In this document: piece by piece, positions 29,743 to 38,383 of the stretch
Position numbering within the stretch: the stretch's first letter is position 1
How the letters are laid out: each line of letters opens with the position of its first letter
Assembly: GCA_964394645.1 (NCBI GenBank)
Contig: CAYMYC010000004.1
Location: 1,258-65,257 of the forward strand
DNA length: 64,000 nucleotides
Direction of reading: 5' to 3'
From: an uncultured Gammaproteobacteria bacterium
Lineage (GTDB): Bacteria > Patescibacteriota > Microgenomatia > Levybacterales > GWA1-39-11
Program-made: the position numbers and the translations under genes
The notes under the pieces: generated by a model
Database searches by the model: none
Told to the model about the DNA's origin: nothing
What the model saw: only the letters and a program-made list of their open reading frames with translations

Positions 29743-30350
29743 TTCGCTCCTCTCCTTTTCTTTTTCTTTTTTTCTGCGATCTTTAAATTTCTAAAAGTTT
29801 CCTTCTCATTTTTTTTCCTTTCTTTCTCCAATGCCAAAATTTCTTTATCTTTCCCACAAACCTTCCATACATGATGTATGGCAATCGCCAATGCATCTGC
29901 AGAATCATCAAATGCCTTATCCTTAGCTGAAAACGCAAGCACCTTATCGTCAAGCTTCAACAAAGTTCTTACAACTCTTTGCATCTCTTTTTTATCAGTC
30001 TTTCCACTACCCGCAACGATATGTTTTACCGCAAGACTTGTGTATTCAAAAAGTGGCAAATTCACCTCAGCACAGGAAAGCATAACTACTCCCCTAGCCT
30101 GACTAACTGAAATTGCAGTTCTTGCGTTTAAACCAAAAAAAATATGCTCCACAACAATGCAGTCCGGTGAAAACTTACTGATCAATACCCCTAATTCTTT
30201 ATAAAGCGCAAGCAATCTGTTTTGCATGAGGTCTTCGGAAGGAGTAACTATGCAGCCATGAGCTATATACTCTACTGTATCCGCCTCCTTGTGATGTATA
30301 ATACCCCACCCTGTTCTTCCTGTCCCCGGATCAATTCCCAAAATACGCAT
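29739..30350 (-). CDS. ruvC: crossover junction endodeoxyribonuclease RuvC
   Basis: MRILGIDPGTGRTGWGII, catalytic Asp/Glu positions, Lys-rich C-terminal tail. Confidence 0.85.
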   Translation of the reverse strand: MRILGIDPGTGRTGWGIIHHKEADTVEYIAHGCIVTPSEDLMQNRLLALYKELGVLISKFSPDCIVVEHIFFGLNARTAISVSQARGVVMLSCAEVNLPLFEYTSLAVKHIVAGSGKTDKKEMQRVVRTLLKLDDKVLAFSAKDKAFDDSADALAIAIHHVWKVCGKDKEILALEKERKKNEKETFRNLKIAEKKKKKRRGAK

Positions 30351-30418
30351 ATTACATTCTAGCCATACTTATAGTTAGATTCAAGGGATAATATCTTAAT
30401 ATATATACTATGGGATAC

Positions 30419-31147
30419 TTAATAAACAGAGGTATTTATGAAAGTATTTTGCACATCACCTAGATCTTCTAATTTTTCGATAAGTGAAATTATTTTTGGT
30501 TTTACTTCTCCTGAAATTTCCATTTCATTTATAGGTTTGAATACTAGCTCAGCACTCGCGATCACCATGCCCTTTTCCTCAAGTAGCTTCTTTGCTATAG
30601 CAAGCCTACTTGGATCGACGTAAAAAATCACATCACCCGAGTCTTCTAAAAAATCAGTGCTATCCAGCTCCACTGCAATTTCTAACAACTCATCTGAACT
30701 TTTTCCATTTATCTGTGCTGCAATTTCTCCAACTCTGTTAAATAAATATGAGACAGACCCCTGATTTCCCAATGTTCCACCGTTTTTTTCTAAAACATTT
30801 TTCACTTCAGCAACTGTTCTTTGTTTATTGTCAGTAACCGCCTCTATCAATATTGCAGCACCTCCTGGCGCAAATCCTTCGTATAGCGCCTCTTGTAGAT
30901 CACCTGAGTCAGCACCACCCTTTGCCTTTTGAATTGCACGTTCTATATTTTCCTTAGGCATATTGTAAGAACGAGCTTTATCAATAGCCAATCGAAGTTT
31001 AAAATTTGTCTCAGGATCTACTACTCCACCATTTTGCTTAACAGCTATTACAATAGCATTTGCGAGTTTTGTAAACTGCTGTCCACGCTTAATATCTGCC
31101 GCCCCTTTTTGTCGTTTAATAGTTGCCCATTTTGAATGTCCACTCAT
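30419..31147 (-). CDS. yebC: YebC/PmpR-family transcriptional regulator
   Basis: MSGHSKWATIKRQKGAADIKRG...PKENIERAIQKA is the canonical YebC N-terminus. Confidence 0.9.
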   Translation of the reverse strand: MSGHSKWATIKRQKGAADIKRGQQFTKLANAIVIAVKQNGGVVDPETNFKLRLAIDKARSYNMPKENIERAIQKAKGGADSGDLQEALYEGFAPGGAAILIEAVTDNKQRTVAEVKNVLEKNGGTLGNQGSVSYLFNRVGEIAAQINGKSSDELLEIAVELDSTDFLEDSGDVIFYVDPSRLAIAKKLLEEKGMVIASAELVFKPINEMEISGEVKPKIISLIEKLEDLGDVQNTFINTSVY

Positions 31148-31285
31148 ATGTTGAAAGGAATTGATTGATTTTTTAAATACTTAAATTCAATAATTCCTAC
31201 AACATTATACCTTCGCTCCTTGACATTTTCAAGGAAACTAAATAAAATATCTCAATTACGTTTTTGAATATTTGCTCGATAATAC

Positions 31286-31936
31286 ATGAGTACAGCCCTT
31301 AAGACACTCGCAATCCAATATGCACTAGCTAACAACTGGAAAGCCGCACAGCAGGCGAATGAAGAACTTATTTTAGAAAATCCACGCGATATTGATTCTC
31401 TCAATAGATTAGGTTTTGCATGCATCAAGCAAGGGAAATATGCAAAAGCACGCGATATTTATAAACAAGTAATTTCGTTGGATAAAACAAATCCAATCGC
31501 ACTTAAAAATCTAAAAAGATTAGAAACTGTATCAAAAGGCACCAAGAAAATAGCGCCAGAAAATAATTCTAATTCCCCAACAATTCTTACCAATATCTAT
31601 ATTGAAGAGGCAGGAAAAACAAAAACAGTTGAGCTGAAAAACGTGGCTGATAGAAAAACTCTTTCTTTTGTGGAACCTGGAGATCCAGTTTCTATGATAG
31701 TTAAACGTTCGAAAATATTTGTTCAAACCCAAGATAAAAAATACATAGGCATGCTACCTGATAATATTTCTATGCGACTAATCACCTTTATTAAGGGAGG
31801 AAATGAATATATTGCCTGCATAAAGGCTGCTGAGGAAAAAAATATTTCCGTTTTTGTAAAAGAAATAAAAAAATCTAGCAAGTTTAAAAATCAGGCATCA
31901 TTTCCTTCTACATTTACCACACAAGACACCGAATAA
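31286..31936 (+). CDS. TPR-repeat-containing hypothetical protein
   Basis: N-terminal helical repeats (AIQYALANNWKAAQQANEELILENPRDIDSLNRLGFACIKQGKYAKARDIYKQVISLD). C-terminal half unknown. Confidence 0.45.
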   Translation: MSTALKTLAIQYALANNWKAAQQANEELILENPRDIDSLNRLGFACIKQGKYAKARDIYKQVISLDKTNPIALKNLKRLETVSKGTKKIAPENNSNSPTILTNIYIEEAGKTKTVELKNVADRKTLSFVEPGDPVSMIVKRSKIFVQTQDKKYIGMLPDNISMRLITFIKGGNEYIACIKAAEEKNISVFVKEIKKSSKFKNQASFPSTFTTQDTE

Positions 31937-31938
31937 TT

Positions 31939-32088
31939 TTATTTTCTTTTAAATAAAATTTTTTCCTTGTGAAGATTTTCTTTAATCTTTGCTAATTCTT
32001 TAGGCTTTGCCAACTCTGAAAATAAACTGTAAAGTGCCCACAAAAATGATATCCCTAAAAGTACAAAAATTGAAATCCACAAAATCAT
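31939..32088 (-). CDS. possible 49-aa single-TM micro-protein (MILWISIFVLLGISFLWALYSLFSELAKPKELAKIKENLHKEKILFKRK)
   Basis: Not in the ORF track because it is under 60 aa. It fills an otherwise empty 170-nt gap downstream of the LytR_C gene, and its hydrophobic N-terminus is protein-like. Confidence 0.2.
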   Translation of the reverse strand: MILWISIFVLLGISFLWALYSLFSELAKPKELAKIKENLHKEKILFKRK

Positions 32089-32105
32089 AATATCATTATA
32101 CCCCT

Positions 32106-32975
32106 TTACTCTAGTTTTTTTTCAAAATCAGATCCCAAAATAACCCTAATGTCAGAAACACCAATAAATCCTTCGTCAATTTTCACAGGCATTCCTAATA
32201 GGTGAGCCATCCGAACGATAGTTTTTGAGCTCTTTGAAGTAATTATAATTGAACTTTCTACGTTATCAGAAGACCTTATGGATACTATGTTCGCTCCAGC
32301 ATTCCTTAATACTTCCCCAATTATTCCAGCTAAACCGGTAACGGTTGTACCATTTATAATCTCTATACTATATCGCTCGTCAAGCAAGTCCGAATCCTTA
32401 AATATATTGTAGATCTGTTCTCCAGTAACCCCTTCTCTCTCTCCACCCGAGTCTAAGGAAAGTGTTAGAAAGGAAACATCCTTATTGGGAATTGATAAAG
32501 ATAATGATACGAGTTTTATAGAATCCAAAATTGTCATATCTGTATATGCATATTTCCACGGCGTAAACAATTGGTTAATAATGGTCCCAAAGCTTGAAAA
32601 TTTTTCAGGTGTTAGATTTTCAGTTTTCATCTTAGCATCTATGGGTATCCTTAACAGAATACTTTCTTTTAATTTACTTGTGTTTGCGTTTTTCAATCTC
32701 AGAAAAGTAAGTTTTTTCATATCCTTATCATATGAGATAATAAACGGTTTCTTTGCTTCTACAAGAACAGTAAATGAAGATGTGTTATATGTGCTTTTTT
32801 GATAGATAAAAATAAATCTTAGTGCAAGAGCCAAAAGAATAAAAACTCCAACCACTAATAAGAAGTACAGCATATAAGAGATTGAATTTTTTTCTTTTTT
32901 CTCCTCTCGTACTCCCATTATTTTTTTTGGCTTATCAAATGTATTAATGGCTACTTTATTATATTTTAACCTCAT
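32106..32975 (-). CDS. membrane-anchored LytR_C-domain protein (LCP-family-like)
   Basis: N-terminal TM. C-terminal NGTTVTGLAGIIGEVLRNAGANIVSIRSS...IRVILGSDF matches the LytR_C (PF13399) pattern. Confidence 0.5.
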   Translation of the reverse strand: MRLKYNKVAINTFDKPKKIMGVREEKKEKNSISYMLYFLLVVGVFILLALALRFIFIYQKSTYNTSSFTVLVEAKKPFIISYDKDMKKLTFLRLKNANTSKLKESILLRIPIDAKMKTENLTPEKFSSFGTIINQLFTPWKYAYTDMTILDSIKLVSLSLSIPNKDVSFLTLSLDSGGEREGVTGEQIYNIFKDSDLLDERYSIEIINGTTVTGLAGIIGEVLRNAGANIVSIRSSDNVESSIIITSKSSKTIVRMAHLLGMPVKIDEGFIGVSDIRVILGSDFEKKLE

Positions 32976-34684
32976 ATACCCTGTATTCTTTTTATATACT
33001 CTTCCTGTTTCTCTTTTGATACGTGGAAGTTTTCAAGAAGATGTATACCAAGTCTTATCCCAGCTTCAGACTCAGGAAAAATAACTTCATCTGCACCAAG
33101 TTTTAAAAACCCATCCTCATCTTCTTTTTTATTTATTCTGCTTATAATAAAAATGTTTTTATGTAAATACTTAGCTACTTTTATTATTTTTTTATTCTCT
33201 GAAACATCCGAAAAAGTAATTACCAATGCCTTTGCTGACTTCACATGAGCAAGTTCTAAGATGTCCGGATCTGTAGGGTCTCCAAAAAGTGCATGCTTAC
33301 CTACATTTTGTATATCCAAAATTGCTTTTCTATTGTAATCAATTACAACGTATGGAATCTCTGCAACATCCAGAACTGTTCTCATATTTCTCCCTACTCT
33401 ACCATGCCCGCAGATGATAACGTGGTTTATAATTTTTTTTTCACTATGCACTGTTGCACCATGAGTATCCGGAAAGAACTTTTTTAGAAACTTAGATTTA
33501 TTTATTTTTATATGTATTTTTTCAATAATTGTACTTTCAAATGGAATAAAAACGAGAGATAAAACAAAAACAGACAGCAAAAGATAATATGAATCGTTTG
33601 AAATATGGTGATCTAAAAGTGCTAGTTGACCTATTACAACCGCAAATTCTCCTATGTTAATTATGTAGGATGAAATTTTAAGACTTGGAGATAAATTGAA
33701 AAATTGGATTCTTAATAGGCAGTATATTACTATAAATTTTACAACTAGTACCGAGCAGGTTAAAAGAATTATCATCCAAAAATTTTCGATAAAATATGGA
33801 ACTGAAAAAAGCATTCCAGTTAAAACAAAAAAAATGACTAAAAATATATCTCTCAAAGGACGAATTTCAGAAAGTGGTGCAAGATTTTTCCCCTGCTCTG
33901 ATATAATAACTCCCGCAAGAAATGCTGCAATTGCATCCGGTAATCCAGCATACTTCAAAAGTGCTATTGTAATAGCAGCAGTAAAAATAGTAGCTAAAAT
34001 CGTTAATTCATGAGATGGGTATCTAAAAATAATTCCTAAAACACGAGACAAAAAATATTTATTAAAAATAAGCAAAAGCAGAAAAATAGTAATAGGCTTT
34101 ATTGCAGATATGGTCAGTGAACCCAAAATACTAGAAAAAGATCCAGTTGCCTCACCAAATAAAATCGGAAAAAGTATAATTATAGGCACCACAAATAAAT
34201 CCTGAACTAAAAGTAATAAAAAAATTGCATTTCCCGGAAAATTATAAAGCATGCTTTTTTCCTCTAATATCTTTATGACGATCGTAGTTGAAGAAAAGGA
34301 AAAAAGCATTGAAAATAGAATTGCAATTTGAATTGAAAGACCTACATACACCAAAATTGGATAAAGCAGGAATGATGTAATAATTACCTGAAGTATACCT
34401 ACTATTAAAATTCTTTTATCTATCTTTTTAAGCGCATCAAGCGTAATCTCGAACCCGTGAGTGAACAACAAAAGGGAAATTCCCAATTGTGATAGTGCTA
34501 AAAGCCCATCATACGAAGAAAGGAATGGCCGACCAATCAGTGAAAACAAAATACCGCTTGAGATATATCCTAGAACGGGTGGAAGTTTTATTGTACGGGC
34601 TAAAAAACCGCCAAAAAAGGCAGCTGTAGCAATAAATATAATATCCCGTAAGAAAGATTCAGTCATTTCTTTTAGTGTACTCAA
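32972..34684 (-). CDS. monovalent cation:proton antiporter (CPA2/Kef-type) with C-terminal RCK/TrkA-N domain
   Basis: About 12 TM helices, followed by VIICGHGRVGRNMRTVL, a Rossmann GxGxxG NAD-binding motif of the RCK domain. Confidence 0.8.
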   Translation of the reverse strand: MSTLKEMTESFLRDIIFIATAAFFGGFLARTIKLPPVLGYISSGILFSLIGRPFLSSYDGLLALSQLGISLLLFTHGFEITLDALKKIDKRILIVGILQVIITSFLLYPILVYVGLSIQIAILFSMLFSFSSTTIVIKILEEKSMLYNFPGNAIFLLLLVQDLFVVPIIILFPILFGEATGSFSSILGSLTISAIKPITIFLLLLIFNKYFLSRVLGIIFRYPSHELTILATIFTAAITIALLKYAGLPDAIAAFLAGVIISEQGKNLAPLSEIRPLRDIFLVIFFVLTGMLFSVPYFIENFWMIILLTCSVLVVKFIVIYCLLRIQFFNLSPSLKISSYIINIGEFAVVIGQLALLDHHISNDSYYLLLSVFVLSLVFIPFESTIIEKIHIKINKSKFLKKFFPDTHGATVHSEKKIINHVIICGHGRVGRNMRTVLDVAEIPYVVIDYNRKAILDIQNVGKHALFGDPTDPDILELAHVKSAKALVITFSDVSENKKIIKVAKYLHKNIFIISRINKKEDEDGFLKLGADEVIFPESEAGIRLGIHLLENFHVSKEKQEEYIKRIQGI

Positions 34685-34703
34685 TATTTACCTATTTATT
34701 CAA

Positions 34704-35465
34704 CTAGAAAGACTCGAGTGTGTTTAAAAATGAAGCTAGCTCCTCAGGTAGCATGCTTTCGTATACGACTTTTTCCGAGGTTAAAATATCTGTAAATTCT
34801 ATCTTTCCTGCGTGAAGAAAGTGTCTACCTAAAACTTTTCTGTCATTTCGTGCTGTTTTTCGACCTGCATATAATATGTCAGCAAAAATAGGATGATTTA
34901 TGTGCTGAAAATGAACTCTTATCTGGTGTGTGCGCCCTGTCTTAGGATACACCTCGACCAATGTCAAACACTCTCCCATATATTTTTTTTCTTGCAAAAC
35001 TTTGTAGCATGTATAAGCATCTCTTCCCTCTTGTAATATACCAAATCTTGTTCTATTCCAAGGAAGCCTACCTATAGGTTCTTTTATTTCCCCTTCTTGG
35101 GCGTCAAGCTTACCATGCACTAATGCTAGATATGTTTTGTTTACATCATGCGTCTTAAATTTTTCCTGAAGTATCATAAATGTTTCTACATTCTTTGCTA
35201 TTAAAATAATTCCTGAAGTTTCTTTATCTAAGCGGTGCACAATGCCAGATCTAGAAATAAATTCATCAAATTTATTGTACCCATTAACCATGTATTTTTC
35301 TTTTTCTTCAACTGATAATTCATTTTTAAATTTCCCCCTGTACCCCTCTACCCAATCTTGAAGTGTTACGCTTCCTTTTACTGTATCTGCCCTATTAACT
35401 ATCATCTGAGCTGGCTTATCTACTACTAATAGATTGTTATCTTCAAAAATTATATTTATTTTCAT
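34704..35465 (-). CDS. RluA-family pseudouridine synthase
   Basis: HRLDKETSGIILIAKN catalytic Asp motif, followed by CYKVLQEK...VYPKTGRTHQIRVHF. Confidence 0.85.
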   Translation of the reverse strand: MKINIIFEDNNLLVVDKPAQMIVNRADTVKGSVTLQDWVEGYRGKFKNELSVEEKEKYMVNGYNKFDEFISRSGIVHRLDKETSGIILIAKNVETFMILQEKFKTHDVNKTYLALVHGKLDAQEGEIKEPIGRLPWNRTRFGILQEGRDAYTCYKVLQEKKYMGECLTLVEVYPKTGRTHQIRVHFQHINHPIFADILYAGRKTARNDRKVLGRHFLHAGKIEFTDILTSEKVVYESMLPEELASFLNTLESF

Positions 35466-35466
35466 A

Positions 35467-36174
35467 TTACTTTCCGGAAATCATACCTTCATGTACAAGA
35501 AGCATAAATGATGCTCCCAAGAAAGTAATCATGCATAAAATTTGAGGTATGGTGAAAAATGAGAAGATAATACGATTTCCTCCAGAAAACTCTGAAACTA
35601 TAGTAAATATTGAAATGAGACATATAAATAAATATGTAATGGTTCCGTCTTTCAGAGTATAATTTTTATATGAGTAAATACCAATTCCAAAAAAGGTGCA
35701 TGAAAGTATAAAAAGCAAAATATTAAAATACAAAAAGTAACCTCCAAAATACGAAACAAACAGAGCAAATAAAAAAATTGGGTACATAGATAATGAGTAT
35801 ATATCAAATATTCTTAATAATATTTTTTTCTTTCTGAATACATAATAAATAACAATCCCAAACCCTAATACTCCACCAATAATAAGTATTCCTGGATACC
35901 TTACTAGGTGAAAAAATTTAACAAAATGAAAAAAGTTGTATCGCTGTTCACCCAATACAAACATCAGTCTTCCTAAAAATATAAAGGCTATATAAGCAAA
36001 AAAGGTAGTATCAAAAATCTCTTGCAACAAAAGACTTTTACGAGCTAATACAAAGTCGTGCTTAACTAGAACATACAGCATGAACAGAGAAACAAATACA
36101 CAAAAAATAAAAAGAATATAAAACATATTATTTGCTCTTAAGAAGCTTTGAAAGAAAAAGTTGGATAGATTCAC
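35467..36174 (-). CDS. polytopic membrane protein, weakly Lgt (prolipoprotein diacylglyceryl transferase)-like
   Basis: Seven hydrophobic segments. RYPGILIIGGVLGFGIVIYYVFRKKK resembles the Lgt W-GG...GG region, but the Lgt signature is degenerate. Confidence 0.35.
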   Translation of the reverse strand: MNLSNFFFQSFLRANNMFYILFIFCVFVSLFMLYVLVKHDFVLARKSLLLQEIFDTTFFAYIAFIFLGRLMFVLGEQRYNFFHFVKFFHLVRYPGILIIGGVLGFGIVIYYVFRKKKILLRIFDIYSLSMYPIFLFALFVSYFGGYFLYFNILLFILSCTFFGIGIYSYKNYTLKDGTITYLFICLISIFTIVSEFSGGNRIIFSFFTIPQILCMITFLGASFMLLVHEGMISGK

Positions 36175-37444
36175 CGATAATAATTACAGTTCCTAAAATA
36201 ATTAAAACTGAATTAACACCCAAACTATCCGCCAACCCTCCTACTAATACTATTGGCAAGAATGAAAATAAGCCTGTTACTGCAAACAACAAACCGTAAA
36301 TTTTGCTTCTAAAATTATCGGGTATTTTTTCTTGAATTGTTGTTTGTGCAGGAATAAATATTAAAGCATTCCCAATACCAGCAAAAAAAGCTAAAAACAC
36401 AACCATATGAAGAACTGTAATTTCTAAATATGATGGTAATGTCAAATTAAGAGCAGTTACAAAATCTCTGGATGTAACTTTTGACATAAGTGGAAGAAGC
36501 AATAAAATAATTCCTGAAATTAAAACCCCCGCATTCATAAGCTTTGCTCTATTCGCTTTCTTTAAAATAGAACCTACAATAAATGCTGACACTATCATTC
36601 CGAATGCTGCAGGAGCAAATAAAAGTAGGGATACGTTTTCAACTTGAATTTTTAAGATTTCTTTAGCGTATCCAGGAACTATAACTGCCAATATCATGAT
36701 TACAACCTGAGAAAGAATCAGCAAAACAAATGAAGAAGCTACACCTGCAGTTTCATGAAGAATTTTATATGTGTTTACTAAATATGACCTCAGTGTTTCT
36801 TCTACTTCAACAGTAATCCGTTTTCTTACCGTTTTACCACTTTGAAATGCCGAGTATGGAATAAGATATGCAAACATACCTGCCAATAGAAAAAAAACTG
36901 CTATAACAAGAAAAACGTATGCATGTCCTAAAGATAATAGCGCTGGACCAGCCACGACATATCCTACAAGAATCGATCCAAAAAGAGCAAGTCCAAATAA
37001 AGAGTTTGCCGGCACCAATAATTTTTCGGGAACAATATGTGGAATAACCGGTGTTTCAGCCGGAAGGTAAAATTGTGTCACAACAGATATAAGAAGTGCC
37101 AACACATAAACCGCAGCTAGTGAATCATTGAAAAAAAATAAGGGAAGAACAAAAAGTGCACGCCCTATATTTCCAAAAACCAATATCTTTTTCTTATTTC
37201 TGGTATCTGCCACTATTCCTCCTATAAAGCTTAAGAAAACCTGCGGAACAAGAGATATAAGAAGTATCATTGAAACAAGAAAATTTGATGAGGTTAGATT
37301 GAAAACAACAAAAATTAATACCACATTCATCATATTGAATGCTACCTGTGAAAAGACAACAGAAAGAAGGAAATACGCATAAGGTCTGTCTAGTATCAAT
37401 TTAACGAAATCGTGAGTAGAAATTTTCAGCAACATACTTTTCAT
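36128..37444 (-). CDS. MFS transporter
   Basis: 12 predicted TM helices. D-R/K-x-G-R-like loop (GGIVADTRNKKKIL) between TM2 and TM3. Confidence 0.7.
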   Translation of the reverse strand: MKSMLLKISTHDFVKLILDRPYAYFLLSVVFSQVAFNMMNVVLIFVVFNLTSSNFLVSMILLISLVPQVFLSFIGGIVADTRNKKKILVFGNIGRALFVLPLFFFNDSLAAVYVLALLISVVTQFYLPAETPVIPHIVPEKLLVPANSLFGLALFGSILVGYVVAGPALLSLGHAYVFLVIAVFFLLAGMFAYLIPYSAFQSGKTVRKRITVEVEETLRSYLVNTYKILHETAGVASSFVLLILSQVVIMILAVIVPGYAKEILKIQVENVSLLLFAPAAFGMIVSAFIVGSILKKANRAKLMNAGVLISGIILLLLPLMSKVTSRDFVTALNLTLPSYLEITVLHMVVFLAFFAGIGNALIFIPAQTTIQEKIPDNFRSKIYGLLFAVTGLFSFLPIVLVGGLADSLGVNSVLIILGTVIIIGESIQLFLSKLLKSK

Positions 37445-37497
37445 ATCTCACTGACATTATACCGCAAGTAATATGCTTTTAAGAAGGGAAGTTTACG

Positions 37498-38049
37498 TTA
37501 TGCGCGTTTTGTATATGATCCGTCCCTTGTATCAATGACTACTAGATCTCCTATATTTATAAATAGTGGTACACGGGTTCTTATTCCGTTTTCTAAAACT
37601 GCATCCTTATACATATTGGATGCACTATTCCCTTTCACTCCAGGATCGGTTTCTGATACCTTTAGAGTAATTTTAGGAGGCAAAACGACACCCAGAACTT
37701 CTTCTCCATAAAACTCTAATGTGGCATTTGTTCCTTCCTGAAGATACTCTGCTCCATCTAAAACATCCAATGAGGAAGTAACCTGTTCAAATGTACTCGG
37801 ATTCATAAAAAAAGCATTTTCCCCATCTTTATATAGATATTGGTACTCTTTCTTATCAACCGATACAGCATTCACTTGTGCACCGTTTGTAAATCCTTTC
37901 TCTACAACTGCACCTGATCGTACGTTTCTTAATTTTACTTTAATAGTCGCACTCCCCCGACCCATTTTAATGTGTTCGTACGACAAGACGCGAAATAAAT
38001 TTCCATCTTCCTCAAACGTTGCACCAGCCTTTAATTCTTGTACTACCAT
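37498..38049 (-). CDS. efp: elongation factor P (Arg at the beta3-beta4 loop tip)
   Basis: Three OB-like domains, 183 aa. The KMGRGSA loop replaces the KPGKGxA loop of Lys-type EF-P. Confidence 0.9.
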   Translation of the reverse strand: MVVQELKAGATFEEDGNLFRVLSYEHIKMGRGSATIKVKLRNVRSGAVVEKGFTNGAQVNAVSVDKKEYQYLYKDGENAFFMNPSTFEQVTSSLDVLDGAEYLQEGTNATLEFYGEEVLGVVLPPKITLKVSETDPGVKGNSASNMYKDAVLENGIRTRVPLFINIGDLVVIDTRDGSYTKRA

Positions 38050-38095
38050 AGGTACATATTATACAAATTGTGCGAAGAAATTGAAAGAGTATTAG

Positions 38096-38383
38096 TTATC
38101 CTGGAAATTGAGTACGTTTTTTATCGCTCAAAAACCTAATGTGAGCTGCGCTTGGATTTACACCACTTGCTCTTATCATGTCTATAAGCACATCTAAATC
38201 GGGAGATATAGCCACAACCTTTTCTCCATATATCCCAATAAACGTATTAGGGTTTGCTTTTACGAGGTCTCCCACAACTTGTCCTGTGTATAATGTATCT
38301 TTTTTATACTGATCTCTTCCCTGCCTATATTCTGAGGTCATAGGAGAAACAGTTAATGATGATTCAAATTCATGATTTGCCAT
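38096..38383 (-). CDS. hypothetical small protein
   Basis: 95-aa ORF whose start overlaps the pepN stop. No motif recognised. Confidence 0.35.
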   Translation of the reverse strand: MANHEFESSLTVSPMTSEYRQGRDQYKKDTLYTGQVVGDLVKANPNTFIGIYGEKVVAISPDLDVLIDMIRASGVNPSAAHIRFLSDKKRTQFPG

